A stretch of DNA of 64,000 nucleotides from the human T2T-CHM13v2.0 reference genome, Homo sapiens (GCF_009914755.1 NC_060925.1), one strand, 5' to 3'. Shown: positions 27,000 through 44,745, counted from the first letter of the stretch. The notes: generated by a model from the letters alone, not told the origin. Made by a program: numbers and translations.

Positions 27000-27160
27000 T
27001 CTACCTCATTGTTTCTCTTCTTAACTTTCAAACAAATCTTCCCAAAATCTATACTCATATATGCTGAATTCACTTTTTCTTCTCTTCTCTCTTGAACCTA
27101 CTCTAATCATAGCTTTATTCCCACAATTCCTTGGAGACCACCGTTGTCAAAATTACCAAC
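27000..27160 (+). mobile_element. L2 fragment
   Basis: ctcttgaacctactctaatc..gcttt...tgtcaaaattaccaa. Confidence 0.55.
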
Positions 27161-29010
27161 ACAGAAGGAATATTGATGATGCAGAAGAGAGGAGAAGAGA
27201 TTGTTGGAATTCATAGAGTCTCCTTTTCTGAGGGTTTCTGAAAATAAGATAAATTCTCAACATCATATGTTAGCTTGGGAGTGAGTCTCTGTGAAGACAA
27301 ATGGTGGTCATATGTGAACTCTCCTATTCTTTGTATAAAATAGACCATGACACAAATGAAGAAGAATTATTTTAGTAATCATTTAGTTCACACACCATTT
27401 GTAGACTCAACTTCAAGGGTCATTCAAGTCTCAGATTCCATTAGTCATACATGTAAAAGGAAGGAATTTCTGATGCATTAAATCAAAAGGGCAAGAAAAT
27501 GTCATTTTCTGGATTCTAAGTCCAATAAAATGTGTAAAAGAAAACGCATCAGAGTAAACCAGTAATAATAGTAATAGTAGTAACAATAGCTTGCACATAA
27601 GTGTGTATATACATATGTATATGTTATCCTCATAATGAAACCTTTTGAGAATTATCATGAATTTGCACATGACAGTGAAGCATACAGATATTACATAGCC
27701 AGTAAGAGACATTATTTATAAATTAATTGAGATGCTTTATATCTAAAGTTTTCATTTAGATTTAGCAGTTTTAAAGTCCACAAAAATATTTTATAATATT
27801 ATGCACTAACAACTACTAAGTGGAATGGAGCACTGCCATTTCTTCCTAATTGAGAACGGTGCAATAGAATAAATTTAATCAATCTCCAAAGAAATGTGCA
27901 TGATAAAATCTAGTTCTTCCGCTCACATTTAAATTTTCTAATATTTTTATTACAACTTTTATAACTCAGTCTAACTATAGACTAATTGTTTTAATTACTG
28001 TAACTTCAAGTTATATGAATTACTTGGCTATAATTAAGCAATATGACATGACAAGCAGTGCCTTTCAGGATGATTGTAGGGTATTATAGTTTCATAATAA
28101 ACTCCAATGATGTTCTATCTTAATTATACACATTAATAGATTCTGTACACATTTAATTATCTGCTACATTTATATTCCCATAACTTTAAGCGGTTCTGCT
28201 TTAGTATAACCAGTGTTCAAAAAAATTCACTAATGGGGCATGATAGCCAAGTTATCACTGTACTTTAGGAAGAAAACCACCCATTGATATATGCAATATT
28301 TTATAGTTATATGGGTACAAAATTAAGTGATTAAATCTTATAGCTACATCAAAACATATATTTGTGTAAATTTAAAAGATAAATTCTGTTCTACTTCAGA
28401 AATATGGCAGATATTGATGTAGAATTATGATTAAAATAATCATATATAAATAATGAAATGTGCTTTTTTGGAGAATTACCTATTTATATGAATAGTAAAA
28501 CCTGGATTTAAAGCATGTATTAAATAGTAGAGATTTACCCTAAAATTTTTCACTATAGTAAATTTTCTAAATTTTTTGACTCTCTTTTTCATTGGCATAA
28601 ATTCTCCCTAGAGATAAATTTCCTCCAAAACATCTCTAGAAACTTATATCAAGCTATCAGATCTCTCTGTTTGGAGAAGTGTTAAAAGATATCCTTGGTC
28701 TCACTAAATTTTTAGAAGGTTTTTTTTCCCTCTCCTTTTCTAAATATTTATCAGTACCATCAAATTTACTTGGTAATAATTTGAAAATATTCAACCTTGT
28801 TTTCTTTCCAATTTTTACTGCAATGTCATTAATTCAAAAAATAATTTAAATGTTTGCAATAGTGTTCTTAATAGTGGTCCCTTTCTCATAACTTTAACAT
28901 TTTGTTATAACTCAAGTTTGTGCTCTCTTCTTTCTCATTCCCCTTTCCTTTCTTCCACAAATACTAACAATATATATGTATATGTTTATTCATATAAACT
29001 ATATATATAC

Positions 29011-29046
<36 letters not shown>

Positions 29047-29049
29047 GTT

Positions 29050-30910
29050 AGTTAGAATTCTATTACAGGAAAAGCTTTCCTACTCCTATTTATCTATTTA
29101 TATAAGGGTGGATTTTCAGTTTTTTTCCACAGAGCTCATACTAATTTTTAGGGCCACCAGAAATATATGAGTTTGTGGTTCCCCACAAACTTGTCAATAA
29201 AAAGTGTTGTCATTCCATTAATTATTCATCAATTTTTATATGTGATATGTGATAGATCAGTGTTATAATTTGCATTTCTCTAATTATGAGGAAGGTTTAA
29301 TTTTTAATTCTTAAAAACCTTTTTGTATGTTTTATAAAATGTGTTTTATGTCTATTTCTAGTCTTTCTATTATTTTCTAAAGTATGTCTACTCAGACAGT
29401 AGTATAAAATATTTTACTCATAAAATTTATAGTATATTTTGTCTGAAAGGATTATATCCCTTCATGAGTTTTTTTTCCCATTGTTTTCTTTTCTCGCGTG
29501 TTTGCTTTTATTTATATAAACTTATATCCACAGAAAATACATTGTTGCTATAGTTATTTGGATAGTGCAACATTTATAAATTAAGCAGAACTAAAATCTT
29601 TATGATGCTTTTGATTCTATCTAAAAACAAGAAAAAATTATTTACATTTGTACAATTTTAATTTTGTATCTTTCAAAAGTTTAAATTTTGTCTATGTTCA
29701 TAGAGTTTTTGAACATTTGTTAATTATATTTCTAAATATTTTATCTTTGTTATTGTTATTGTAAATTGGGTTCTCTGCCATTATATCCTTTGACTGGTTA
29801 TTAATTTTGTATATGAAAGATATGGATTTCTGTATGTTAATTTTATACTCTATTTTACTATATTCTTACATTTCTTGAGATAGTTTTATCATTTATTTGT
29901 TTTTCAGGTTTACTGTTATATTGTATGAAAACAGAGATAGTTTTACTTCTTTTCCAGTTATTATTCTTCTATTAGATTTGTTTAATTGCACTGTTTAATA
30001 GTTTCATTACAATATTGATTAGTAGTGGGGATTGTTCCTAATCTTAGTGGAAATGTCTCTATTGTTTCTGTATTACATAAGATGCAGGAGTATATTTTCT
30101 TTCTTTTTCACTCTGTAGTCAACTAATGCTTTATATAATACTAATTAAAAATAGAATTTTGATTTATTCAGTTAATAAATATATTTTCTTCTACTTCATT
30201 AATTCCTGCTTTCAGCTTTACTATTTCCTCTCATATTTTCTTTTGGTATGTTTTGTTGTTTCTGCACTTTTGGTTTCAGAAATCATTTCAATTATTTTCA
30301 TTCTTTAATTTTAAAAATACAAGTATATGGGGCTAGCATTTTTATGTAATCACTGCTTTAAATGTATCTCATAGATGATGATATATGTATTTTTACTAGT
30401 GTTGTTTTTAGGAATTTAATTTTTTAATTTAAAATTTAAATTTTTACATTTTTATATTTCTCTTTTCAAACAAGTTTTGTTTAACAGACTGTTAGTCCTT
30501 TTTATAAGGTTAATAATTTCTAGCCTATAGCATTGCGAGAAAAAATGTTGAAAATATTTCCACATTTTGGAATTCATTCATGTTTTCACTATTGTCTAAT
30601 AACCTATCAATTTTGTAACTGTTTCATATACACTTAAGAAGGTGTATTTTTCATAACCAGTGTGTAATGTTCAATATATGTCCATATGCTTTGTGTTATT
30701 AATGATGGTTATCTCTTCTATGTTTTCTTTTTGTCCATTTGAAATGATGTGTATTGAAAGTTGCATGTTAAAGACTCTTATTATCATGCTTCTATGTCTT
30801 CTCAAATCTATTTAGACATTTTGCTTATAAAGTAGATATTTTGTTGTTTAGTACAAACATATTTATGTGTTATTTTTTATTTTAGATTGTGTTTTCTTGC
30901 ATTAAAAGTG
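29050..30910 (-). mobile_element. Old L1ME-like fragments
   Basis: taatttgcatttctctaattatgag, ggatttctgtatgttaattttatac and other antisense ORF2 motifs. Confidence 0.7.
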
Positions 30911-31470
30911 TATCTCCATCTTGTGCTGATGGGTATAAATATGGTAGGCAAAATTCTTAGATGGCTGCCAAGAGTCTAATTCCCTGTTGTATTTGCCCTA
31001 CACAAATACTTTCCCCTTGAGTATGGGCAGGACCTTTGAATATTATGGGCTATCACTCATAAAATTAGATTATGCTTTATGGAGAAACAGATATTGAAGA
31101 TATAATTAAGGTCTCTAATCTAATTGAGTTTGAGCTAATCAAAAGGAAGATTATCCCAGTTAGAACTGATCTAATCAGGTAAACCTTTAAAAAAGACAGG
31201 AAGCAGAAGCAACCTGCCCTGTTTTGGAGAGAATCTGGTGACAGGAAACAGTGAGTAAGAATGGCTCCCAGTTGATAATCAACAAAATAGGGACCTCAGT
31301 TTTATGATTACAAGAAACTGAATTATGTTTAACAACAACAACAAAAAAAAAAACTTGCAGAAGGTTCTTAAGGAGATTGCAGCCTCAGCCAACACCATTA
31401 TTTAAGCTGTGTGAGAAATGAAACAGAGAATTCCAACCTACACAACTGTGAGGTAATAAAGGTATCTTGT

Positions 31471-33930
<2,460 letters not shown>

Positions 33931-34957
33931 CAATATCTATTGTTTTCATCTACCAAATTTATCGTAAGTTGTAGCAATATTGTTTATGGTAATACATAGC
34001 AATAAAAAACTAACATAATAATGAAGAAATTTCTAATTCTATTTAAATAAAGTAAAACACAATTATATGTTTTCTCTATATGTCTCTCTATCTCCTTTTA
34101 AGGAAAAGAAACAAAAGAAAATTTGAAAGGGGTGATGTTCCAACATATCAAGTTCATGAAGGGACATAATTATGCTGTTATGTGAAAGAATCAACTCTGT
34201 GTGCTCAGCAGACCATCCAGACACATCCTAAGCATTGTGTCTCCGAAGTAGATCAGTTTAGCTGTGACATCCTATAGCAGTATCTCTATTATGTGTCCTG
34301 TTCTATTCATCAGCATCTCAACGGAAAAGGTAGGAAAAGTTAGAAGCTCACTCCTGGAAACAGTCTGGGTTTGTCTATCAGGACAGCTATTTATAATGCT
34401 TGCCTGCCTTTGCTATCTTCCAAAGAGTTTAGTCTGAGGATAAGACAGAATAACAGCATAAAGTGTATGTGCACAAACATGCCCACACATATGCACATAC
34501 ACACAAATACACAAACATATACATCAATCTTACTGTGAAAATATAAAATGTGTTACATATGCAGTCATATTTTAGAATGGAGCTTATTCTCACCTCTCCC
34601 TCTCTCTCTCACACTCAATTAATATTTCAACTGCTTCCTATTCATTTATCAGAAGATTTACATCATATTATTGATCTGTTTCAGACCCTCTCTTTCACAG
34701 AATTTTGTGAGGATTGGGGATTATTTTTTCTTGTCTGCAATAAATCTAATATGTTCTTTAAAAAGGACAATCATTTGACCGAATGTATGTGGAATGGAGA
34801 AAAGACGTGTGAAAATTTCAGGAAAAATATAAATACATTTTAAGATGTATTAACTAAATCCTGCACTTTATTTCTTGTGTAATTTATTACAACTATCTTA
34901 TAAATTTATAGACTCTAATGTCTGAAGTCAAACCTCTTGTCTCTAACCATATCACCC

Positions 34958-35150
34958 TAAGAACAATGACTCTGTAGCCAGACTACTTGGGCTCAGATCC
35001 TGAATACAGTATGTGCTTGTTTCATAACTTTGGGTGAGTTTCTTAACCTGTCTGCTAATAGTATCTAGGTCTTAGCATATTGTGAGAAATAAATCAATAT
35101 ATGTAGTGGTACTTAGAACAAGGTCTAATACCCACTAAGTAGTTGACATC
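34958..35150 (+). mobile_element. MIR
   Basis: gactctgtagccagact...ttgggtgagtttcttaacc...acttagaaca. Confidence 0.7.
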
Positions 35151-37164
35151 TAGCAAGCATATCACATGTGTATTTCAACTGTGCATTTTGAACTAGGGAA
35201 ATAATCATAAAGTAGGTTTTAGGAACCACAGGTTCCACTGAAATAAGAATCTGAGCAAAAATTACATTGATAATCTTACTCCCCAAGCCTTTATTTTGAC
35301 TACCAGTAAAACAAAATGGCGTATTATGTCTCCAGGAATTCATATTATTTCAGAACCAGGGCCCCAGTGATCCCTGAAAAAGCGTGCTTATTTGTCTACC
35401 TTCAATGCACAGACACACCCTGGTAAATGTGACAGTTCCTTTTGGAGAATGCAGGGAGAAAGACAGAAGATATACATGTTTGACTGTGTGGGCAAGGTCC
35501 TTCCTCAAAGAGACAAGCTTCCCCTTCATTCAAAGGGCTGTGGATCTGTGACTGCCTGGAGGGTGAGAATTTTGATTCAAGTCAAACTTCTTTTTACTAT
35601 GTTTAGAACTTTTCTACTTACACAAATCAAAGAGGATTTTAATAGACTACCACCGCATTTCAATTCTAGAGAACCATGACCATTGAGCTAATGCAAGAGA
35701 TCTCTGCAGATCAAAGCATTTGGGACACTCCAGCTCTGCAACCTATTGCAGTAACCATGATGGCAGCTGGCCCTGACACTCTGGGATCCCATCAGCCTGA
35801 TTGCCTTCAAGGTGCCCACTTAAAAGGCAGCATTTCTAACTGTCATTGCAGCGAATATCTACACTGAATTCTTCACAGATTCTGGGCATCTCCTCCCCAA
35901 ATTTATTTTCTTACAGCTTTGGAGATGGGAATTTTCTGGGGTCCTTTTGGGGACACATAATTAGAGGTAAACTGTCTGTCATATGTGATAAATCCACCCT
36001 ACTCTTCCAATCTTCCTAAGCCATTTGATGCATTTCTCCATACCAAGAAAATTCAAGCATCCTAACTTCATTTAGTGAGAGTAATCCTTTAATGAAACAA
36101 GCAAGCAAGCAAGCAATCAGAGTCACTCTTAGATACTTAACATTTCAAATTCAATTTAGAATCTGTGGTCTAGAATATTCATACCAACAAATTCAAGAAA
36201 AATATTAACATTATATTCCTTCCAATCTGATCCAACATTCATGAGGATCTATTTCTCACATATTCTTCAGGTTTCTGACAATACTAATTGGCAAAATTTT
36301 AAGAATTTTGGTATGGTTTTCACCTTCACATAGGCCACATTTTTATAATCTCACCCTCTGGGATTAGAGTCTGATTGTAGGTCTAGAACCAATGAGAGGT
36401 TAAGGGTTATGTTTTAAAGATCAGCAGTCCCCTGTAATTCAAATACTTCAGAAGAGGCTGTTACACATTCCTTAGGCAGAAGAAAACTAACTTTTTCAAA
36501 CAAGGGAGAAAGGATGTTTCTAATGATAAAAGAAGCACAGAAAAATTTAGGATTAAATTCCCTAGCTTCATTAGAATTTGTTTCATATAATCCCATCCAT
36601 ATTTTCAGAGTATAACTCCTTATGAATATCCTAACTTTAATATGAAAGATCCTGTGAAGTTGTAAATTTAATTGCTTTTTAATTTAGCTACTAACAGAGT
36701 TAGAGTTTTGGTGAGGTTTTCAGAAATCTCAGTCCTTTGGCTACAGAATACAAAAGTTTATTTTAAGGAAGACTTAGAAGTGTTCTCATTTCTTGTATTT
36801 GACTGGAAAATTAAAACTTTGAACTCATTATTTACTTTTCCCAAGTCCTCAAGCACAATCAGAAGTAATTAACCAAACCCCATTACCCTCCTTATTTTTA
36901 TAAAGTAATCTGTGGCAGAAAGTATTTTGTCACCAAAAACCTTTCCTTTTATAAACATTTGATTACAGGTGTCTACAGGTTATTATAAGTAATAATTTTG
37001 CCATGGATTAACGGTGTCCATATTACCATTCTCCGTGGGATCATTAATGTCTTGAAATATAATTAGATCAAATATCAATTCCAGATAGCCCAGAGCCATT
37101 ACAGAGAACACTTCCAAAAAGTTTTTTTTTCCCCTGGAACTTTTTCTAATATGAATTTCTCTAT

Positions 37165-37720
37165 AATTTGCAGTTCAGTCAGAGAAGTAGAACCACTGAG
37201 TTATATAATAAAGGGCTAATTATAGGGAATCCACCATATGCAATTGTGAGTACTATAGAAAGTTGTTGACTGTGATAAGAGAATGAAGTTACTGTAGATC
37301 AGGAAGGCCACTAGTCAAGATAAAACGCCAGCCATAAGGCATCGGGGAGCGCAGAGCATTGTAAACCCCGCCTCTGTCTCTCACCACACGCCAGCTTGGT
37401 GATACAGTGATGTGGAAAAGAAGCTGATACTTTTCATCTGGACCACGGTTTGGGAAACTTAAGAAAGAGATCCAGTGGGATCTGTAATCTCTGCAACCCT
37501 GGCTGCTGCCCTACACCATCTCTGTGTGACAGAAGATCAGTGACAATTTGTGTGAGATATAGTAGTGCTTTCCCCTACACTGACTTTCAGAGAGCGGTGG
37601 CTGCTGCTACACTTTTGCCTTGCAAATCTCACACAAATCTCTCCTGAGGCCAAAACTAACCTGCAAAAGTAATAATAGGAATTGTAGTTCCAATAGTTAA
37701 TTTTGTACAAAGCTATCAGA
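37165..37720 (-). mobile_element. Ancient ERV LTR (LTR78/LTR84-like)
   Basis: gttcagtcagagaagtagaaccac...caaatctcac...ggaattgtagttcc; subfamily uncertain. Confidence 0.5.
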
Positions 37721-37908
37721 TAGATAAATGTCATGATTTTAAGCTACAAAATTCAATAACTCTGGGAACATTTTGGAAATCAGTCTTATTCTGGCCTCAT
37801 TATTCCATTTTGACTCATTATTTCAGCCCTCAGACCTTCAATTTGTAGAGTTACACTGCATCACATTTTGACCTGTTGCTTAACACTATTAAAAATTTAT
37901 ACTTTATA

Positions 37909-38247
<339 letters not shown>

Positions 38248-38527
38248 TTATAAGTGGGTTTAGTTTCCATTAAGTGTGATATTATTTCTCTAAGTCAGGT
38301 TCCATGGTTTCCATGTTCAATATCATGTTTGTTTGCACATAATATAGCCCAAATGCATGGAAATTATAAAAAATAAAGACTAAAACTCCAAATATTAACC
38401 ATATAATTTACTGACAATTTCATTCAAACCAATTAAGTTCCAAGATTAGGGCTTCTTATCCCTGGTTCTTTGTGACTCAGATTCACAATAACTAATGACC
38501 CATAGCACAAGGCATTTGACTAAATAT

Positions 38528-38869
38528 ATATGTGTGTGTGTGTATATATATATTTTTTGTTTGTTTGTTTGTTTGTTTGTTTGTTTTTGAGATGGAATCT
38601 TGCTCTGTCACTCAGGCTGGAGTGCAATGGTGTGATCTTGGCTCACTGTAACATCCGCCCTATAGGTTCAAGCAATTCTCTACCTCAGCCCCCCTAGGAG
38701 CTGAGATTACAAGCCTGTGCTACCACACCCAGAAAATTTTTGTACTTTTAGTAGAAATGGGTTTTCACCATGTTGGCCAGGCTGGTCTTGAACTCCTGAC
38801 CTCAAGTGATCCACCCGCCTTGGCTTCCCAAAGTGCTGGGATTACAGGCACGAGTCAACGTGCCTGGCC
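38528..38869 (-). mobile_element. AluS (Sx/Sz-like) with a microsatellite tail
   Basis: TSD ttgactaaatat at 38516-38527 and 38870-38881; (TTTG)n/(TG)n tail. Confidence 0.95.
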
Positions 38870-39190
38870 TTGACTAAATATTTTTAATAATCTTGCCAAG
38901 TCCGAAAAACTTATGATTGGGAAAAGTTCTTGAATTATAAAACACTTATTACCTAGTGCCAGAGTGTATTAGACATAAAAATACATATTTAAATAGTTGC
39001 TCTGGTGATTTAATTTGTATATAAATTTCTTGCTTTTTAATGTAGCAGGAGACATTCTCTGCCTTTCATGCCATCCAACATGGAAGCTGTCTATTAAAGG
39101 ATGTCATACTATTATTCCAGTTGTTAGCAATGGTTTCTGCCACTACTACATATGCAGTATTCTGAATTAGTTTATTTCATGCAAAAACCA

Positions 39191-39739
39191 TGTATTAATC
39201 AGGGTTCTCCAGAGGGACAGAAATCACAGGACAGATGTATATATGAAGGGGAATTTATTAGGAGAATTGTCTCACACGATCACAAGATGAAGACCCACAA
39301 TAGGGAGGCTGCAGGCAGAGGAGCCAGGAAACCAGTCCAAGTCCCCAAACCTCAAAAGTAGGAAAGCCGATAGCACAGCCTTCAATCTGTGGCCAAAGGC
39401 CTGACAGCCCCTGGCAAATCACTGGTGTAAGTCCAAGAGTCCACAAGCTGAAAAACATGGAGTCTGATGTTTGAGGGTAGAAAGCATCCAGCATGGGGGA
39501 AAGACGGAGGCCAGAAGACTTAGCCAATCTAGTCCTTCCATGTTCTTCTGCCTGCTTTTATCCTAGCTGCACTGGCAGCTAATTAGATTGTGCCCACCCA
39601 GAGTGAGGGTGGGTCTACCTCTCCCAGCCCAGTGACTCAAATGTTAATCTCTTTTGGCAACATCCTCACAGACACACCCAAGAATGATACTTTGCATCCT
39701 TCAATCCAATCAAGTTGACACTCAGTATTAACCATCAAA
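39191..39739 (-). mobile_element. MLT2A2-like ERVL solo LTR
   Basis: tgtatta.tcagggttctc...ttcaatccaatcaagttgacactcagtattaaccatca; 5-bp TSD aacca / aaccg. Confidence 0.93.
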
Positions 39740-40344
39740 AACCGTAATGTTTCTGACTCTAAAATCTTAATTAATTTTTTATAGAACATATCCTACCAGC
39801 CATTTAACAAACCTGCTATACTAGTTTAATGGATTTACACATGTGTGTATTTAACTTGCATACGACGTGATTCAATCCATGTGATGATTGAATAGGTATT
39901 ACTGCAGAATTAACAAATAGACTAAAGTAAAACATCTACTGAGAAAAATTATTGATCCCAGAGTATTATTCCAGAAATGTGTTTGGAAAAATAAACCAGA
40001 ATCTTTACATAAATTTCAATAAGGATCTATTCCATAATTGATTGATCATCAATATCTTTCCAGAATAGAAGAAAATCTAAAAGATATTTTATCATTCATT
40101 TTCAGTTATTTTTAATAACATTTTAAAAGTTTTCTCAGTAAGCCTTTTTCTCATCTTATTTCTGTGAAAATCTATTTTTTAATGGTCTTTTTCCCTTGGT
40201 TGTGTTCACTTTCACTCACTCTTCTTTTTGCTTAATTCGTTTGTATTTTCAATTATAGATACCCATTAAGCATAATTCTTCCTCTGTATTATTATTTAAC
40301 TCTTGGTGGAGATAAACGTTTCCTTCTTTGTTCTTGACTGTAAT

Positions 40345-40530
40345 GCATACATTCCTGTGATAGGCTCTACAGTAATTTATTCCTCTTATTTCTTTATATG
40401 TCTGTCACCTTCTACAACCCTGGTAGCACTTCAGGAGTAGAGACTACGTTTTACTTTAAATCCTCAATGTCAAGCACAGTATCAGTATAAGCAGGCAGTT
40501 AGTGTGCATTTGACTGAAGGATAAATGAGT
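40345..40530 (+). mobile_element. L2 3' end
   Basis: gagtagagact..gtttt...agcacagt...tttgactgaaggataaatgag. Confidence 0.6.
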
Positions 40531-41539
40531 AGATGACTGTAATAAAATAAAAGTGCCCTAGGAATTAGAAATTGCTTTTATCTTCGAAGATATATTTAGG
40601 AATCCATGAAGCACAAATAGAGTAATATTTGTACAACTATTAGGAATAAGCTGCAAGAATGAGGGTTCTGTAGGATTATAGTCATTAGTGGCATGTCATT
40701 ATTGTATTTATTCATACACTTTGCAAATGTGAGACAGAGGAATAGCAATCAGTGTGGTTAAGCAGCACATGTTTGCAGGGTTAATTTAATACCTATCTCT
40801 TGCAGCTCTTCTCTCTGCTCACTGAAAATGAGAAATCTTCATTATGAATTAAGGAAAAAATATATAAAAAGTTAAGAATCACTGCTCTGTGGTTTAATAG
40901 AAACCATAAGTTAAAATATAAATAAAATTTATATGAGACCAATTTAAAAACACATTGCCCATGGTTCATTGTCTGGCTGCTGCTCCGGACACTGATGAAT
41001 CTTTACATCAAAGTATGGAATAATTGATGTTTGCACACATATTACTATCTAGTTTCATCAGGCTTCAGGTATTTAATGTGATAAAATGTATGAATTATGA
41101 TTTCTCCCAGTGACTTTCTACAACAGCCATAATTACAAAGGCTCAGGCCATTTTTTTTCTCTTTTAATGTATGACTACCTGGAGAAATAATTTAAAAAAG
41201 GACTTAATTTCTTTCTTCATTTAACAGTATTGCAAGTAAACTTTGGGCCCCAAAGCTGGCTATTGTAGCAAACAATTTTTTTAGCTTAATTCTTTATTTA
41301 ATTTCTATTGTCTTTCTATTGGATTCTTACATATCATTTGAAAGATTGAGGGGCTCTTATTTTGCTTGTACACCTTAGAGGTGAATCAAGTCAACCTAAA
41401 ATGTATCCATTTTTTTGTTAACTTAGAAGCATATCTAAACCTAAAACTACTTGGGAAAGGAAAGAATGGCTTTAAGAACACTCTTTGCTGTCATCATGCA
41501 AAGGAAGTATTAAATTCTGGTATTCTGGTTTTAAATAGA

Positions 41540-41656
41540 TACATACATATGTGTGTGTGTATGTGTGTGTAATATTTATATAAACACATACATACACACA
41601 TATAAGTGTGTGTGCATATATATACACATATATATATACACACACACATATATATG
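41540..41656. repeat. Compound TG/CA/TA microsatellite
   Basis: Direct inspection. Confidence 0.9.
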
Positions 41657-41810
41657 ACTTACGTGATTTAAAATTTAAGTCTCTTCCAAGGACAGGAGGT
41701 ATTATTTCAAATATTTTGAGTGAGGCAGACATTAGAAAAACTTTTTTTTTAAAAAAAAAGTAGAAAATGAAATATGTATTTTCTGGCTCAGTCATTCTGA
41801 ATACTTTCAG

Positions 41811-41865
41811 ACTTGATGTATCTTATTGTGTGCTACTTGATGTATCTTATTGTGTGCTACTTGAT
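41811..41865. repeat. Perfect 24-bp tandem duplication
   Basis: acttgatgtatcttattgtgtgct x2 followed by acttgat. Confidence 0.97.
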
Positions 41866-43188
41866 TTTTGAGCCATTTCAGTCCTAAAGAACATGTGATT
41901 TAATAATGGCTCCCATATCAATGCTTCAAATTGGTTCCATATAAATACCTCTAATATGAAGTCTTCTTGGTACAAAGCCCATCTAGACAGAGGTTAAGGT
42001 AAATTTGTTTTAAGGAAAATCTGGTATACAGAGAATGTGTTACATTGAAGTTATTATACATTTTTAATTAAAAATAATTTCCAAATTTTATGATATCTCT
42101 AGGGTGCTATAAAACTGGGATTTGTAATCACCAAGAAAGACCATTTACCATATGGTTTCACATAGTATTATGGCTTTTGTAAGTAACAGTTTTGCCTTTA
42201 GGTATATGTTTGTCAAATATGCTGAAAGGACATTATACGCTTTTTCAAGTTTAAATAAAGGAAAAATATGTTAATTCAACATTTTTATATATCTATATCT
42301 TTCTTGTAATCTCAGGTCCTCATTAATGGAATGCCCTCGGGGGCACTTAAGTGCAACTAAGCATCAGTTGTAAATGCATTATGACTTTATTTTCTTCCCA
42401 GAAATAGAGTCTCAATCTATTTCCATTCTTATAAATTATAAACCTCCACTGCCTGTTGCTGAGGCTTTAACTGCACAGAAGCAGAGTTCTCGGCTTGTCA
42501 GGCATTAATAATGGCTCTGCCTGTCTGCCCTTCAGCTGAGACATTAAACTGAGGTCTTATCCACTTACCTCTAGTGGCTGCTCAAGTGGAGTTAAAGATC
42601 GCACCATGCTTTTCAGAAAGAGGATGGGGCAACCTCAGAGCCTTGACCTTCATTTTCAAAACATGTAATATACAAGGATGGGAGTAAGTTATTACTTTAT
42701 ATCTGAAGGTGCTAACTTGATTTTAATGGTCTATGGAATCCTCAGAATCAAAACAATGATTTTAGAATTTCACTTTAGGATATTTTGAAATTATGAAACA
42801 TACTGTAATTTTATTTTGTAAAGTCATAAAGAGAATAGTCATATCTGTAATATGATGAGAAATAACTTTTCTATTATAGCTAAATTTAAATTGTCCACAT
42901 AGCATGTCTTTCAAGAATCCATTACCTAAGTAACACAGATTTGGGGAGGTAGCAAAGTAGCTCTCATTGATTTGAGACCAGGTCTACATTTCATGTACCA
43001 GGTTGCACCAGGAGTTTAGAAGCAGGTAGAATGGTCTGAGATAGGTGGGAACGTTCTCTTGTTGCATCAAGTAATTTTTATTAGTTGCGTAATACCTGAA
43101 GCAAATATTCTAATTTAACCTTTGCTCCAGTACATAATATTGTCCAGTATAAAAGCAACTGGAATAGATAAATTGCATTTAAGAGTTA

Positions 43189-43620
43189 AAGTGATCATGT
43201 GGTATTTGAGATCTCACTTATTGAGAGTGATCTCACTTATATGTGGAATCTAAGAGTCAAGTTTATAAAAACAGAGGAGAAATATGGTTGACAGGGTGGA
43301 GGGCAGAGCAGGGGATAAGTGGTGAAATGCGATACTGTTTGTCAAAGAATACAAAATTTCAGTAAGACAGAAGAAATATATTCACAAAATCTCTTGTACA
43401 ATAAGATGACTATAGTGGATAGTAATTTATTGTATAGCTGAAAATTGCTAAGAATACATTTTAAGTGTTCTCACCACAAAAATTGATTAAGTATCTGAGG
43501 TTAATGGACATATTAATTATCTTATTTTAGCCATTCCACGATGTGGACATATATCCAAACATTATGTTGTACATCATAAATATATACAATATTTATTTGT
43601 CAATCTAAAAATAAATATTT
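43189..43620 (+). mobile_element. L1MA (MA6-8-like) 3' end
   Basis: gatctcacttatatgtggaatcta...tgaaaattgctaag...ttttaagtgttctcaccacaaaaa. Confidence 0.88.
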
Positions 43621-44393
43621 ATTTTTAATTGAAAAAGGAATTACAAAAATAACTCAAAGTACATGCATTGGGATTAACAAAAATCTAACTTCCAAGAGCA
43701 CAATTTTGTTTAATTTTCTAAACTTGGCTACTGGAAGTGAGAAACTAAATGCTGTCACGTGGTTGTATGACATGAAACAGAAAAGTGAAAGCAAGTTTAG
43801 TCTAGTTTGTGTATAGTTTGCAAGTTGATAGTCATATAAAATATCTTGAAAGTAGGTTCTTTCCATTTCATTCTATTCTCCCAGGTACTTAACAAAGTAC
43901 CTGTCACGTATTTGGGTATGAAAAGAATGATAAAGGTACTCAGGAATGAATGAAAGAAAAACATTATCCTTTTAAAAAGAACAAGTTTATATTTTTAAAG
44001 AGGTCTCTTCCAAATAAAACTCCAAAGATTAGATTTATCCAAATACTCGTAATCTCAGTAAAGACATACCCTTAGAGTCTTTGAGGTATCTCAGGAGAAA
44101 GCCCTGAGGCTACCTCAACAATTGTAGACCACCTCCTTTGGGCATCTATAATAGGAGCAAGACAGCTTTTAACTCATCTGTATCAAAAAAATATATTACA
44201 CTTTGCCTTACCACCTAGTAGAGCAAAAAATATAAAACGTTGTTTTCCACTTTATAGAACAAAACATTTCAGAAGGAAATGTTTATGTTTCAATTTCTTC
44301 CTTGTTAACACCATTCCTCTACCAGGGCTTTATAAAGAAGCCAACCAGTTTAAATGTTTGACTCATATAGACTTCTTGACCACATCTCATTAA

Positions 44394-44745
<352 letters not shown>

